The notes beneath the pieces were generated by a model, which saw nothing but the letters and a program-made list of their open reading frames with translations, was not told the origin of the DNA and did not search any database. A program made the position numbers and the translations under genes. Positions 25,600 to 38,018 of a stretch of DNA of 64,000 nt are shown in pieces. The DNA lies in contig NC_043025.1 in the NCBI RefSeq assembly GCF_006345805.1, positions 6,510,001-6,574,000 of the forward strand, given 5' to 3'. The first letter of the stretch is position 1; the number at the start of each line of letters is the position of its first letter. The stretch is from Octopus sinensis. Its lineage: Eukaryota.

Positions 25600-25964
25600 C
25601 ACACACACATATACAGTATTACATCAGTTTTCTAGATTCTTTATATATACATAGATATAATAATAAAGGGCAAAATTAATTAATTAATTTATAATTAATA
25701 ATCTTACCAAGTAGTTTGGTATGTTAAAAGAACCATTATTGGTAAACTTATACAAGAATTATTATAATTCTAAGCATAATTATAATTAGGGTTTAGCAAA
25801 ATTGCTTCACCACATACCAGAATTTAGAAATAGCAACTAAATACTATTCTGCTACCATAAAATATCTCCCACATATATCTACATGTGCATATAAGTGCAT
25901 ATGGTGTGTGTATGAATATATCTGTGCATTTGTATGGATGTGTATGTATATATGTAGACATACG

Positions 25965-26490
25965 TATGAGACCCATATTGGAGTATGGGATTCAAGCCTC
26001 TTCTCCTTATCTCCTCAAAGACATACAGCATCTCGAAAGAGTCCAGAAGCTGGCTACCCGCAAGGTTCTTGGTCTCAAGAATTTGTCTTATGAAGAAAGG
26101 CTGATGACGCTCGACCTTTATTCTCTTGAAAAATGCCGCCGCCGTGGTGATCTCATTCTCGCCCACAACATCATAAGCGGAAAGTGTAACCTCTCGAAAG
26201 AGCTGTTCTTCACTCCTGCTCCAGAGCGTCGGCTGCGGGGTCATTCTGAAAAAGCTCTACCTGCGACGATTTCATCTCAATCGAAGGAAGGAGCTTTCTC
26301 CGTCCGGTTTGCGGATCCGTGGAACAAGCTGCCAGACGAGATGTTGAAGATGCCGAACGACCGCTTTGTTCAGCCTCCTTGACCTCAAGTGGCCTGACTC
26401 TTTACATGAACACCACCCTGTACTTAACTCCATGTTCCCCTACATGGCCTGCTATTTGCTTTGAGCCAAATTAACTAACTAACTAACATA
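25965..26490 (+). mobile_element. CR1/L2-type LINE 3' fragment with (AACT)n tail
   Basis: RPILEYGIQASSPYLLKDIQHLERVQKLATRKVLGLKNLSYEERL...RRRGDLI...RLRGH...DPWNKLP, typical of CR1-clade ORF2 ends; frameshifted. Confidence 0.85.
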
Positions 26491-26616
26491 CGTATGTGTA
26501 TAGGTATATATGTTTGTATGCATGTATGTGCATATTCATGTATGTATGTTTTTTGTAATTATATGTATGTATATATATAATATATATATATATATATAAT
26601 ATATATATGTTCTTTT

Positions 26617-26985
26617 GTTTCAGTTATTTGACTGTGGCCATGCTGGAGCATCACCTTTAGTCGAGCTAATTCACCCCAGGACTTATTCTTTGTAAGCCTA
26701 GTATTTTAACAGTCTCTTTTGCTGAACCGCTAATTTATGGGGATGTAAACACACCAGCATCGGTCGTCCAAGGATGTTAAGGGAACAAACATATACATAC
26801 ATAGACACACACACTAATATATATATATATATACGATGCTCTTTCAGTTTCCATCTACCAAATCCACTCACAAGGCTTTGGTCGGCCCGAGGCTATAGTA
26901 GAAGACACTTGCCCAAGGTGCCATGCAGTGGGACTGAACCCGGAACCATGTGGTTGGTAAGCAAGCTACTTACCACACAGCCACT
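26617..26985 (-). mobile_element. SINE family A, diverged
   Basis: Tail, body and near-complete head motifs. Confidence 0.8.
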
Positions 26986-27453
26986 GATGATTTAAGATAC
27001 ATACTTATTTTTTAATATATATATGTGTGCGCGTGTGTGTATGTTAATGGATGTGTGTGTATCGCTATATATGTCTGTGTGTGTGTGTGCATGTATGTGT
27101 ATATATGCATATGTATATAATATATATATACATATACTTTTATATATATGTGTGTATATATATATATATTATATGAGTTTTGCTCTTGCTTCTGTCTGTC
27201 TGTCTGTCTCTTAAGTGTCAGCGGGTAGGAAGGGTGAACTGCTAAAACAACCCTACCCACACCAACATCTACCACTCCACCCCGGTTTCTTGGGTGGCTG
27301 GCACACCGCCAAATGAGTGTGTTACATGTACCCGGGTAGTTGGAGAAAAGAGATAGAATCGCATAAATCTACGGCAAGGAAAAAAATAAACAAACAAAAA
27401 CAACCTCCCCAAAAAACAAAATAAAATAACAGCAGACAAGAAAGAAAGCAAAA

Positions 27454-28750
27454 CTAATAATAATTTCTTAAATCATCACTTCCACTATCATCATCCTCGT
27501 CGTCATCATCGTCATAATCATCATGATCATAATCATGATTGTCATCAACATCATCATAATCATGATCATCGTCATCAACATCATAATCATCATCATGATC
27601 ATGATTGTCATCAACATCATCATCATCATCATCGTCATAAACATTGTCATCAACATCATAATCATCATCATCGTCAACATAATCATCATCATCATCAACA
27701 TCGTCATCAATATCGACATCATAATCATCATCATCGTCATCAACATCGTCATCAACATCGACATCATCGTCATCATCAACATAATCATCATCATCATCAT
27801 CAACATCGTCATCAACATCGACATCATCAACATAATCATCACCATCATCGTCATCACCATCATCGTCATCACCATCATCAACATCATTATCATCATCGTC
27901 AACATAATCATCATCTTCAACATCAACAATCATCATCATCGTCATCAACATCATAATCAACATCATCATCGTCATCAACATTATAATCAACATCATCATC
28001 ATCGTCAACATAATCATCATAATCGTCAACATCACTGCTATTGTTATCAATCCCACAATTCCTCAAAAGTTGCATCAATACCATTATCAACACCATCATC
28101 AGCATCAAAACAACGATAATCATTGTCAACACCATCACATCAACATCCATCATAACCACCGCCACTCACTACCACCTGTACTACAACTAACATCACTGCT
28201 GCACCACCACCACGACCGTCACCACTGTTACCATTGTCACAACCACCACAACGGCTACTACCACCTCAATTGCAGCAACAACAACAAAACTATCACCACC
28301 ATTGTCCTTATCACCCATACAACTACTATCACCGTCACTATCATCACCATTGCTGTTACAACCACTACGACCACAACAGTAGCTGCAACCACCACCACCA
28401 CCACCACCAACAATATCTGCAATGCTGCCACCACCACCACCATCACTACCACCACCGTCACAACCATTGTCGTCCTTACCCCCACAACCATCACAACCAT
28501 TGTCGTCCCTACCCCCCACTGTCACAACCATCATTGTCCCTACCACCACCGTTGTCCCTCCCCCCAGTCAACCATTGTCATCACTACCAGCACCACCACC
28601 AGCAGTATTTGCAACACTGCTACCACCATCACTACCATCACAACCATTGTCGTTCTTACCCCCAACACCATCACTACCACCACTGTCACAACCATTGTCG
28701 TCCCTACCCCCCACTGTCACAACCATTCTTGTCCCTACCCCCACCGTCAC
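27454..28750. repeat. Long (CAT/CAA)n then (CAC/CCA)n trinucleotide tracts
   Basis: Directly visible; source of the poly-Asp, His, Thr and Met ORFs. Confidence 0.9.
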
Positions 28751-29030
28751 AACCATCTACATGTTGTGGCATCAAGATTTAGCAGGTATGTATTTACCGG
28801 ATGCCTGCCACTGAAGAAGTCCAGTAGACTGAAATTATGTGATATGAGAGTTTCAGCACCCATAACAGATGGTTCTCTTTTGCTCTGATACAGGTGTTTG
28901 CTTTTATGCACCTGCATTTATGAGAGGACCTTTGAAGGCTAATGCAACAGTAGTCGGCATACTAACAAGACATCCACATTAAGCTGGATATAGAGTTTAT
29001 CTTATAGTACTAAAACTGCTTCCATCATTA

Positions 29031-29886
29031 AAAATTATGGATCTTTTCCTTTTGAAAGGCACTTTGTAACATAATTTCTATGTAACTAAAAAGTTTTAAA
29101 CTTCGTATACTGGTAAAATGTGTTTATGAAACCTTTTTTCTTGGCTTTATTGAGAAAATTCTATATGTTGTAACATATTTCATCTTTAATTTCGAGTATT
29201 TCGGCAATTTTAACCAATCGCTGACGTCCATTTAGGTAAATAACATTCTGTGTATAATGAATATGTCCCTCCTTTAAGAAACAGATTGCGTTTATTTACA
29301 TTTGTGAAGAAAAAAGATACCCTACGCCCAACCCTAAATCTAAAATAGATTGAAATGCAATAGATCGATACCAGGGTTATAATTATGGGTGACAATTTCA
29401 TACGACACCGCTACGGAAAATGGGATTTTTTTCTAGCGGTGTCAAATGAAAATGTCACCCATAATTATGGTCCTAGTATCAATCTATTGCATTTCAATCT
29501 ATTTTAGATTTAGGGTTAGAGTTAGGGTTAGTTAGGGTTAATTAGGGTTAGTTAGGGTTAGGGGTGGGGGAAGGGTATCTTTTTTTCTTCACAAATATAA
29601 ATAAACCCAATCTGTTTCTTAAAGGAGGGACATATTCATTATACACAGAATGTCATTTACCTAAATGGATGTCAGCGATTGGTTAAAATTGCTGAAATGC
29701 TCAATATTAAAGACGAAATATCTTAGAACCTATAGAATTTTCTCAATAAAGCCAAGAGAAAAAGATGTTTTATAAACATATTCTACCAGTATACGAAGTT
29801 TAAAACTTTTTAGTTACATAGAAATTTTAGTTACCTAGAAATTATGAAGGCCCAAAGTGCCGTTCAAAAGGAAAAGATCCATAATT
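29031..29886. mobile_element. ~856-bp foldback (palindromic) MITE with TTAGGG-like runs in one arm
   Basis: AATTATGGATCTTTTCC...GGAAAAGATCCATAATT; arms are complementary up to a central spacer near 29415-29432; absent from the equivalent site of the neighbouring unit. Confidence 0.85.
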
Positions 29887-29993
29887 ATTTTTCTAATAAG
29901 CCCGCTGACTAATTGTGACATCAATAACTGAGAAGACAAGGAATTCTATATGTTGTGGCAGCAAGATTTGACTGGTACGTCGTTACTGGATGC

Positions 29994-30039
29994 CTGCCAC
30001 TGAAGAAGTCCAGTAGACTGAAATTATGTGATATGGGAG
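29994..30039 (+). ncRNA. Type I hammerhead ribozyme motif in tandem unit 2 (sisters at ~28805-28850 and ~30313-30358)
   Basis: CTGCCA-CTGAAGA-AGTC-CAGTA-GACT-GAA-ATT-ATGT-GAT-A-TGGGAG. Confidence 0.6.
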
Positions 30040-30859
30040 TTTCAGCACCCATAACAGATGGTTCTCATCTGCTGTGATATATGTCTACTTTTATGCACCC
30101 TGCATCAATGAGAGGACCTCTGAAGGTTTATACGGCAGCATTTGGTATTCTAACAATGCATCCACGTTAAGTTGGATATAAAGATTGTCTTTGATATTAA
30201 TGCTGCTTCTGTCATTAATTATTTTTTGATAAGCTTGCTGGCTAACTGAAAAGCCACAGGAATTCTGTAGGTTGTGGCAGTGAGATTTAGCTGATGTGCA
30301 GTTACTGGAGGCCTGTCACTGAAGAAGCCCAGTAGACTGAAATTATGTGATATGGGAGTTTCAGCACCCATAACAGATGGTTCTCAACTGATATATATCT
30401 GAGCTTTTATGCCCTTGTATCTATGAGAGGACCTCTGAAGGCTAATGCAGTATTTGGCATGCTAACAAGACATCCACATTAAGCTGGATATAGAGTTTAT
30501 CTTCTAGTACTAATACTGCTTCCAGCCACATATCATATACCCAGGTTTATTCCCCATTTTTTGGGGAGTGGTAGCCACAGCAAGACACATACCAGGGATT
30601 CCATTCATTTCCCAGAGCAAAGGGGCGAGCCTTGTTCTATGCTTGGGTCAAGGCATAGAACATAAACCTCAATATCAGAAGCAGGGCCCGATAGTATATG
30701 CTGGTTTACCCCCCACTGCATCATTCTGGTTCCATATCCCTTTGAGCAACATCAATTCACTCATGCTAGCATGGAAAGCGGACGCTAAATGATGATGATG
30801 ATGATACACACACACACACACACACACACACAGAAGACAGAAACCCTTGCTTTGGATAG

Positions 30860-31070
30860 AGTTGGATGGTGAACAAAAGTATGGAGTGGAGTGAAAGCAT
30901 TTGAAGAGGTCAAAATAAGCCATGTAAGACTTAAAAGAGATCTAAGGAATATGTTACAATCGAGGAGGTGAATGATAATGACCTTTTTGGGTGCCCAGTC
31001 TGTGACAGATCATGCCTTTCTTTTGCTGGGCTCAAATCTTATTTGCGAACCCATGGAAAATGAACCTCCA
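30860..31070 (+). mobile_element. RTE-type LINE ORF2 C-terminal fragment
   Basis: WSGVKAFEEVKISHVRLKRDLR...DLFGCPVCDRSCLSFAGLKSYLRTHGK*, a decayed CxxC..SHxRxH zinc knuckle typical of RTE ORF2 ends. Confidence 0.55.
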
Positions 31071-31509
31071 CCAACTATTCTGCCTATATGTCTGTGCACA
31101 CCTTTGAATGAAATGTATGCCAGAAGGTTTGTAAAACTAACGGAGGCCTCAAAAGACATTTTAAGATCCACAAAGATCAGAACTTATCTTCAGCTTTTGG
31201 TGGTCCAAATCTGATATGCAATCTATGTGAGTGTCGAAACGTTTCGAAACGTTGTCTGGTTTCAAAAGCCACATCAGATGCCATGATGGTTCTAAGGTGT
31301 AGGTATAAGAGGTGGTAAAACTCAGCATAAGGAGTAGACAACCACCACACACACGCACACATATATCATCACCATCATCGTTTAACATCGGTTTTCCATG
31401 CTGGCATGGGTTGGATGGTTTGACAGAGGTCTGGAGAGCCAGAAGGCTGCACCAGGCTCCAATCTCATCTGTCAAGTTTCCTACTATTAATATATATATT
31501 TAAATATTT

Positions 31510-31915
31510 CATCATCATCATCATCGTTTAGCGTCCGCTTTCCATGCTAGCATGGGTTGGACGGTTCGACCGGGGATCTGGGAAGCCAGATGGCTGCACC
31601 AGGCTCCGGTCTTATCTGGCAATGTTTCTACAGCTGGATGCCCTTCCTAACGCCAACCACTCCGTGAGTGTAGTGGGTGCTTTTTACGTGCCACCTGCAC
31701 TGGTGCCAGGCGAGGCTGGCATCAGCCACGGTCGGATTGGTGCATTTTACGTGCCACCTGCACGGAAGCTAGTCGAGGCGGCACTGGCTTCGGCCACGAT
31801 TCGGATGGTGCTTTTTACGTGCCACCGACACGGAAGCCAGTTGAGGCGGCGCTAGCATCGGCCACGATTCGGATAGTGCTTTTTATGTATCTCCGGTCCA
31901 GGGGTCCTGGCATCT
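31510..31915 (-). mobile_element. SINE family B with about four internal ~61-nt units; another partial copy at ~31370-31470
   Basis: Family motifs as at 24815. Confidence 0.8.
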
Positions 31916-32124
31916 GCTGGGTGATATATATATATATATACATACATACTATGGCCATGATGAGGCACACACAAGCACATAGATTATTAATAAAGTTGCA
32001 AGCACATCACAAAAAATATATATATAGACTGTGGCCATGATGGAGCACACACACACATATATATGCAGTCTGACAGAGCTAGTGTGGAAAAATGGACATG
32101 AAACAATGATGGTAATATCATTTA

Positions 32125-32506
32125 CAGGTTTCAGTCATTAGGCTGTGGCCATGCTGGGGCACCACTTTGAGAAATTTTAGTCAAACAAATCGATTCCAGT
32201 ATATATATATTTTTTTAAAGTACTAGTACTTGTTCTATTGTTTTTTTAATTTTTGCTGAACTGCTAAGTTACAAGGATGCAAACACACCAGCACCAGTTG
32301 TCAAGCGGTGGAGGTGGGGAGGGGGCAGATAGAAAAACACACACACACACACACGTGACGGGTTTCTTTCAGTTTCCATCTCCCACATCCACTGACAGTG
32401 CTTCGGTCAGCCCAAGACACCTGTCCAAAGTGTCGCACAGTGAGGATTGAACCCAGAACCATGTGGTTGGGAAGCTAACTTCTTACCACACAGCCACACC
32501 TGTGCC
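32125..32506 (-). mobile_element. Older family A-related SINE
   Basis: Diverged tail (GGCCATGCTGGGGCACC) and head (GCCACACCTGTGCC). Confidence 0.7.
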
Positions 32507-32727
32507 TATATAAATACATTTTCCTCTACCCATCTCTAAAACACATATATTTAACCCATGCCGGCACAGAAAATGGACGTTAAAGGACGATGATGATGAA
32601 GATGATCCATTCACACCTTTATCTACCTGGACACACTGACATTTATATACACGCATTCATATTTACACCTGTACTTTTATCCAAACCCAAACACATACAT
32701 CTATTCACATACAAGCACATACACATG

Positions 32728-32765
<38 letters not shown>

Positions 32766-33148
32766 CTAGCAGTATCACCCGGCGTTGCTCGGGTTTGTAA
32801 GGGAAATAACTATAAAGCATTTTTAGAGAGTTATAGCCAAAAAATGGAAAAAAATGGAAAAAAAATTATGGTAAATTTTTTTTTGAGATTTAAAAAAGGT
32901 GGAGTTGCGTCCCCTAGACAGTCTGTGGTTTGTGTTTCTGATTCTCGACCCCATGTCGAATTTATCGATTTTTTTCAGAACTGGGGGAACTTTTCAAAAT
33001 TTTCGCTGGGTTAGTTTTGAATTATGACATTGGGCTATGTGTGTGTCAAGTTTCATCAGAATCAGTTGAAAGCCGTGGTCAGGGTGAGGGTACAAGCAAA
33101 CAGACACACAGAAACACGCACAGACAAACTGCCGTTTATATAGAGAGA
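32766..33148 (-). mobile_element. Non-autonomous Helitron: second 5' type, same 3' end as the 11251 family
   Basis: Minus strand A|TCTCTCTATATAAACGG...CCCGAGCAACGCCGGGTGATACTGCTAG|T. Confidence 0.8.
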
Positions 33149-33149
33149 T

Positions 33150-34019
33150 ATATATATATATATAAACATGCATTCATATACATACAAACGTAAATGCATA
33201 TACCTACACACATATACGCACACACACATATATATATATACACATGCACACACACATATATATACACACAAATATATATATACACACACACACACACATA
33301 TATAAATATGCATAGACACATGCATATAAATACATATATGTATTCATATACACACATTTATTCATATATAAACCAAAACAGTAACACACATATACGCATG
33401 CATGTATATACATGTATATAGCTATACACATACATACCGTCATCCAATCCTACAGACATACACTGTAACATGTGCATGCACACACACACACACAAATGTA
33501 TACATTTATTTCCCTATACATACACAACACAGCAGCATATATGCATACACACAAATTTATGTACATGCATATATACACACTCACATGTATATACATATAT
33601 ATATGCACATACATATACATGCATCTATGTGTGTATATCTATATACACACACACATACATATATATACATATACAGCCATGTATGTATGTATATATATAT
33701 ACAATATATATTATATACATATATATATACAAATATATATATATATACATATATATATACAAATATATATAATATACAATATATATACAAATATATATAT
33801 ATACAAATATATATATATATACATATATATATACAAATATATATATATATATTACAATATACATATATATATATTTACATACATATATATATATATATAT
33901 ACATACAAATATACATACATATACGTGTATACACACGCACTCATACGTACCTATGAAGCAACATGCACATACATCTATTGATATGCATACATTTATACAT
34001 TCCTACACACACATACAGC

Positions 34020-34056
<37 letters not shown>

Positions 34057-34070
34057 GTAAACATACATTC
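33150..34070. repeat. (CA/TA)n compound microsatellite
   Basis: Directly visible. Confidence 0.9.
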
Positions 34071-35037
34071 ATATAAAAAAAAAGAAAGAAGAAACAGAGG
34101 TGAGAGATGGTGGTGGTGGTGGGAGGGGGAGGAGGAGAAGGACGAGGAGAGGAAGGTAGTGTTAGAGAGGTGGTGGCAGCAGCACTGATGGTGATGGTGG
34201 TGGTGGTGGTGGTGGGCCACACGTTAGGAATAATTAATAGAGAAGCAGAACTAACGATGCACAAAATTCCAATGAAAGTCGTTCTTTGTCTAACGAGTTA
34301 CTAACGTGTGTGTGTGTGTGTGTGTTTGTGCAAAGCTCTCAGAAACGTGGCATTAGGTAGAACCGGAATGGGTTTTTTGGCTCCCACCCAACAAGGCCAC
34401 GATGTACTCACCCTGTCATCATCAGGTGGCTTTGTGCAGTTGTTTGTGCAGGGGTTCTTTCTTGCTTTTTTTTCCTTTTATCATATAGCGGGGGTAATTC
34501 GTGTGCATGGCTGTGCGGTTAGGAAGCTTGCTTTCACAACCTCATGGCTTCGGGTTCAGTCCCACTGCGTGGCGCCTTCAGGCAAGCGTCTTCTACTATA
34601 CCCCTGAGCCAACCAGGGCTTTGTGAGAGACTTTAGTTGACAGAAACTGTGTGGAAGGAAGCCTTAACACCAAAACCAATATCAATTCCTTCTGGAAACT
34701 ATCTTAAGCATGTCCTTGAGAACGATTATTTATGTAGTAATCTTTTGTGCCCAATATTTTAAGGAACTTGTTGAACTTTTTTATGTCCTTAACATGTCCC
34801 TGTTACCAAAGACTGTATATATGTAATGTAGCAATTTATAACAACCAATAATTAACGCAACCAAACTTCTACATGTTACTTTTGACAATCTTTTTCCAAA
34901 GAGTGAAACCGGTGAAGTAAATAAACATCTTTTAAATTGCATTTTCAAACCTTCTTTCATATATAATTCCACTTGTGCGGTACCCCACAACTCCACTTTG
35001 TTATATATGTATATGTATATATATATATAATATATAT

Positions 35038-35064
<27 letters not shown>

Positions 35065-35069
<5 letters not shown>

Positions 35070-35346
35070 CAAAATAAGAAAATGGAGGAATAGATTTCTT
35101 TCAGTCATCAACTTCCAGATAATACCAATTCATATAATTTATTAACTAATTATTTAGATTAAATAAGAACATCCAAATCCAACAGAATAAGACAGAATAA
35201 AACAATACACATCAATAAGTAAGATAATACCATAAGAATAATTCATATAAAATGGATCTTACAGCTGTTTCAGCCTGTAGATAAGAGTATCTCATTATGT
35301 CCAAATTAGTCAGATGTATTGAGGTAAGATGCAGTTAAAAATGAGT

Positions 35347-35377
<31 letters not shown>

Positions 35378-35755
35378 ATATATATATATCTCAAGAATAA
35401 ATTATATGAATTGGTATTCTCTGGAAGTTGATGATTGAAAGAAATCTATTCCTCCATTCTCTTATTTTGTATTATGAATTTGAGGTAAAACATTTTACCT
35501 TCGCCCATAAAATACAATAAATGAACTAATTGCATTACAATTCTTAGCATTTATGTATTAGCCTTTCTGGGTACTTTACTGGCAGTATATTGGATAAATG
35601 ATATCCCATAGTGGGTTACATTCATAACCCCTATCTCACTTTGTACTATATATATATAATACCAATTCATATAATTTATTAACTAATTATTTAGATTAAA
35701 TAAGAACATCCAACTCCAACAGAATAAGACAATAAAACAATATACATCAATAAGC

Positions 35756-35760
<5 letters not shown>
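35065..35760. mobile_element. Penelope-like terminal repeat remnant with inverted and direct partial duplications
   Basis: ~35070-35140 is inverted at ~35397-35472; ~35121-35220 is directly repeated at ~35659-35755; GAAACAGCTGTAAG on the minus strand at ~35259-35272 as in the 17042 family. Confidence 0.55.
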
Positions 35761-35788
<28 letters not shown>

Positions 35789-35898
35789 ATATAAAGGAAA
35801 TGAAGAAAATGCTGACAAAATAATTTAAGTAAGGGAGAGTGTATTTAATTAGGTGAAAGTTCTTTTTACCGGTTGCGCATTTGTTATGCTTATCAAAA

Positions 35899-35974
35899 GA
35901 TATTTTTTAAAGAGAGATAGAGTTCCTTTCTGATAGATTTCAGAAAGGAACTCTATCTCTCTTAAAAAAATATC
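35899..35974. repeat. Near-perfect 76-nt hairpin (35-bp arms, 6-nt loop)
   Basis: 35899-35933 pairs with 35940-35974 with one mismatch. Confidence 0.9.
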
Positions 35975-36104
35975 GGCAAAAGAGACCGATAGAATAAGTA
36001 CTGGGCTTACAAAAGAATAAGTCCTGGGGTCGAGTTGCTCAATTAAAGGCAGTGCTCCAGCATGGCTGCAGTCAAATGACTGAAACAAGTAAAAGAGTAA
36101 AGAG

Positions 36105-36142
<38 letters not shown>

Positions 36143-36158
36143 TATATATATGCATAAA

Positions 36159-36470
36159 GGCACGTGGCTTAGTGGTTAGGGTATTTGGCTCATAATCATA
36201 CGGCTGGGAGTTCAATTCCTTTGAACACGTGTCCTTGAGCAAGACACTTTATTTCACATTGCTCCACTCCACTCAGCTGGCAAAAATGAAAAGTACCTGA
36301 ATTTCAAAGGGCCAGTCTTGTCACACTCTGTGTCGTGCTGAATCTCCCTGAGAACTACATTAAGGGTACACGTGTCTGTGGAGTGCTCAGCCAAATGCAC
36401 GTTAATTTCTCGAGCAGGCCATTCCGTTGATCGGATCAACTGGAACCCTCGTCATCGTAACTGACGGAGG
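36159..36470 (+). mobile_element. SINE family D, full-length
   Basis: Head GGCACGTGGCTTAGTGGTTAGG...GAGTTCAATTCC, CORE-like GTGTCCTTGAGCAAGAC. Confidence 0.8.
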
Positions 36471-36633
36471 GCCAGGTTTTTGTTTTTGTTTTTGTGCAAC
36501 TCTTGGTAGTTTGGCAAAAGAAATCAATAGAATAAATACTAGGCTAAAAAAATGGAAGCACAGATGTTGCTTTATTCACCTAAATTCTTCGAGGCAGAAC
36601 CCCATCATGGCAACAATCCAATGACTGATACAG

Positions 36634-36666
<33 letters not shown>

Positions 36667-36732
36667 CAGAGAGAAAGTCACTGATGTATGGAAACTGTCA
36701 GTGTATGATGAAGATGTGGCGCTCTGGTATTC

Positions 36733-37142
36733 TCTTTTACTCTTTTACTTGTTTCAGTCATTTGACTGTGGCCATGCTGGAGCACCGCCTTTAGTCGAGC
36801 AACTCGACCCCGGGACTTATTCTTTGTAAGCCCAGTACTTATTCTATCGGTCTCTTTTGCCGAACTGCTAAGTGACAGGGACGTAAACACACCAGCATCG
36901 GTTGTCAAACAATGCTAGGGGGACAAACACAGACACACAAACAAACACACACACACTTATATATATATATACATATATACGACAGGCTTCTTTCAGTTTC
37001 CGTCTACCAAATCCACTCACAAGGCATTGGTCGGCCCGGGGCTATAGCAGAAGACACTTCCCCAAGGTGCCACGCAGTGGGACTGAACCCGGAACCATGT
37101 GGTTGGTTAGCAAGCTACTTACCACACAGCCACTCCTGCGCC
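36733..37142 (-). mobile_element. SINE family A, full-length
   Basis: Head, body and tail motifs. Confidence 0.9.
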
Positions 37143-37609
37143 TAAACTAGACTAAACTAATTAGGGTATGCTCCTAAACTAATTAGGGTATGCTCACCCT
37201 AAACTAGAATAGGACGATGGTGATGATTTTAACATGAAGTGTAACCTTTCTTGGATTCAGGGGTGTTACATCACATCACATCGCATCAGAGAAACGTTAT
37301 GCTTTTGCAATCCAAGAGCTGGAGGCAGCTTTGAAATAGGTTAATGAACAAAAGACATGGTAAAGCCTCTTAAACACTCTGCAAGATGGCACCCAAAAAT
37401 ATGGATTGGGTCACGCTTCAGCGGAAGGCACTACGAGTGCACACGTGAGGTAGCTATGAAGATACTGCTTCCTCGCAATATGGGGTGGAAATGTTGCGAA
37501 AATAATATACAAGGGAAGTAGTAGAAAAGACTCTTGAGATCATCATCATCATCATCATTTACTGTCCGTTGTCCATGCTGGCAAGGGTTGGATGGTTTGA
37601 CCAGGGCTG

Positions 37610-38018
37610 CGAGCTGGCAGAAACGTTAGCACGCCGGGCGAAATGCTTAGCGGTATTTCGTCTGCATTATGTTGTGAGTTCAAATTCCGCCGAGGTCGAC
37701 TTTGCCTTTCATCCTTTCGGGGTCGATAAATTAAGTACCAGTTACGCACTGGGGTCGATGTAATCAACTTAATACCTATGTCTGTCCTTGTTTGTCCCCT
37801 CTGTGTTTAGCCCCTTGTGGGTAATAAAGAAATAGGTATTTCGTCTGCTGTTACGGTCTGAGTTCAGATACTGCCGAGGTCGACTTTGCCTTTCATCCTT
37901 TCGGGGTCGATAAATTAAGTACCAGTTACGCACTGGGGTCGATGTAATCGACTTAATACCTATGTCTGTCCTTGTTTGTCCCCTCTGTGTTTAGCCCCTT
38001 GTGGGTAATAAAGAATTA
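37610..38018 (+). mobile_element. SINE family C dimer (one head, two bodies) inserted in a family B remnant, ~16-bp TSD
   Basis: GGTTTGACCAGGGCTG at 37594-37609 and 38019-38034. Confidence 0.85.

Larger units (their letters stand above)
28755..30525 (+). repeat. ~319-bp tandem array (about 2.8 units), each unit carrying a hammerhead motif; unit 1 is interrupted by a MITE
   Basis: CTGAAGA cores at 28811, 30000 and 30319; the units align along their whole length. Confidence 0.85.

Noticed and set aside
29509-29552. Interstitial telomere
   Set aside because: Short, imperfect TTAGGG-like run inside one arm of a palindromic MITE.
34400-34480. Possible minus-strand exon ending at a consensus donor AGG|GTGAGT (~34406-34414)
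   Set aside because: No upstream polypyrimidine tract or acceptor, stops nearby, and no recognisable protein; RNA-seq would be needed.
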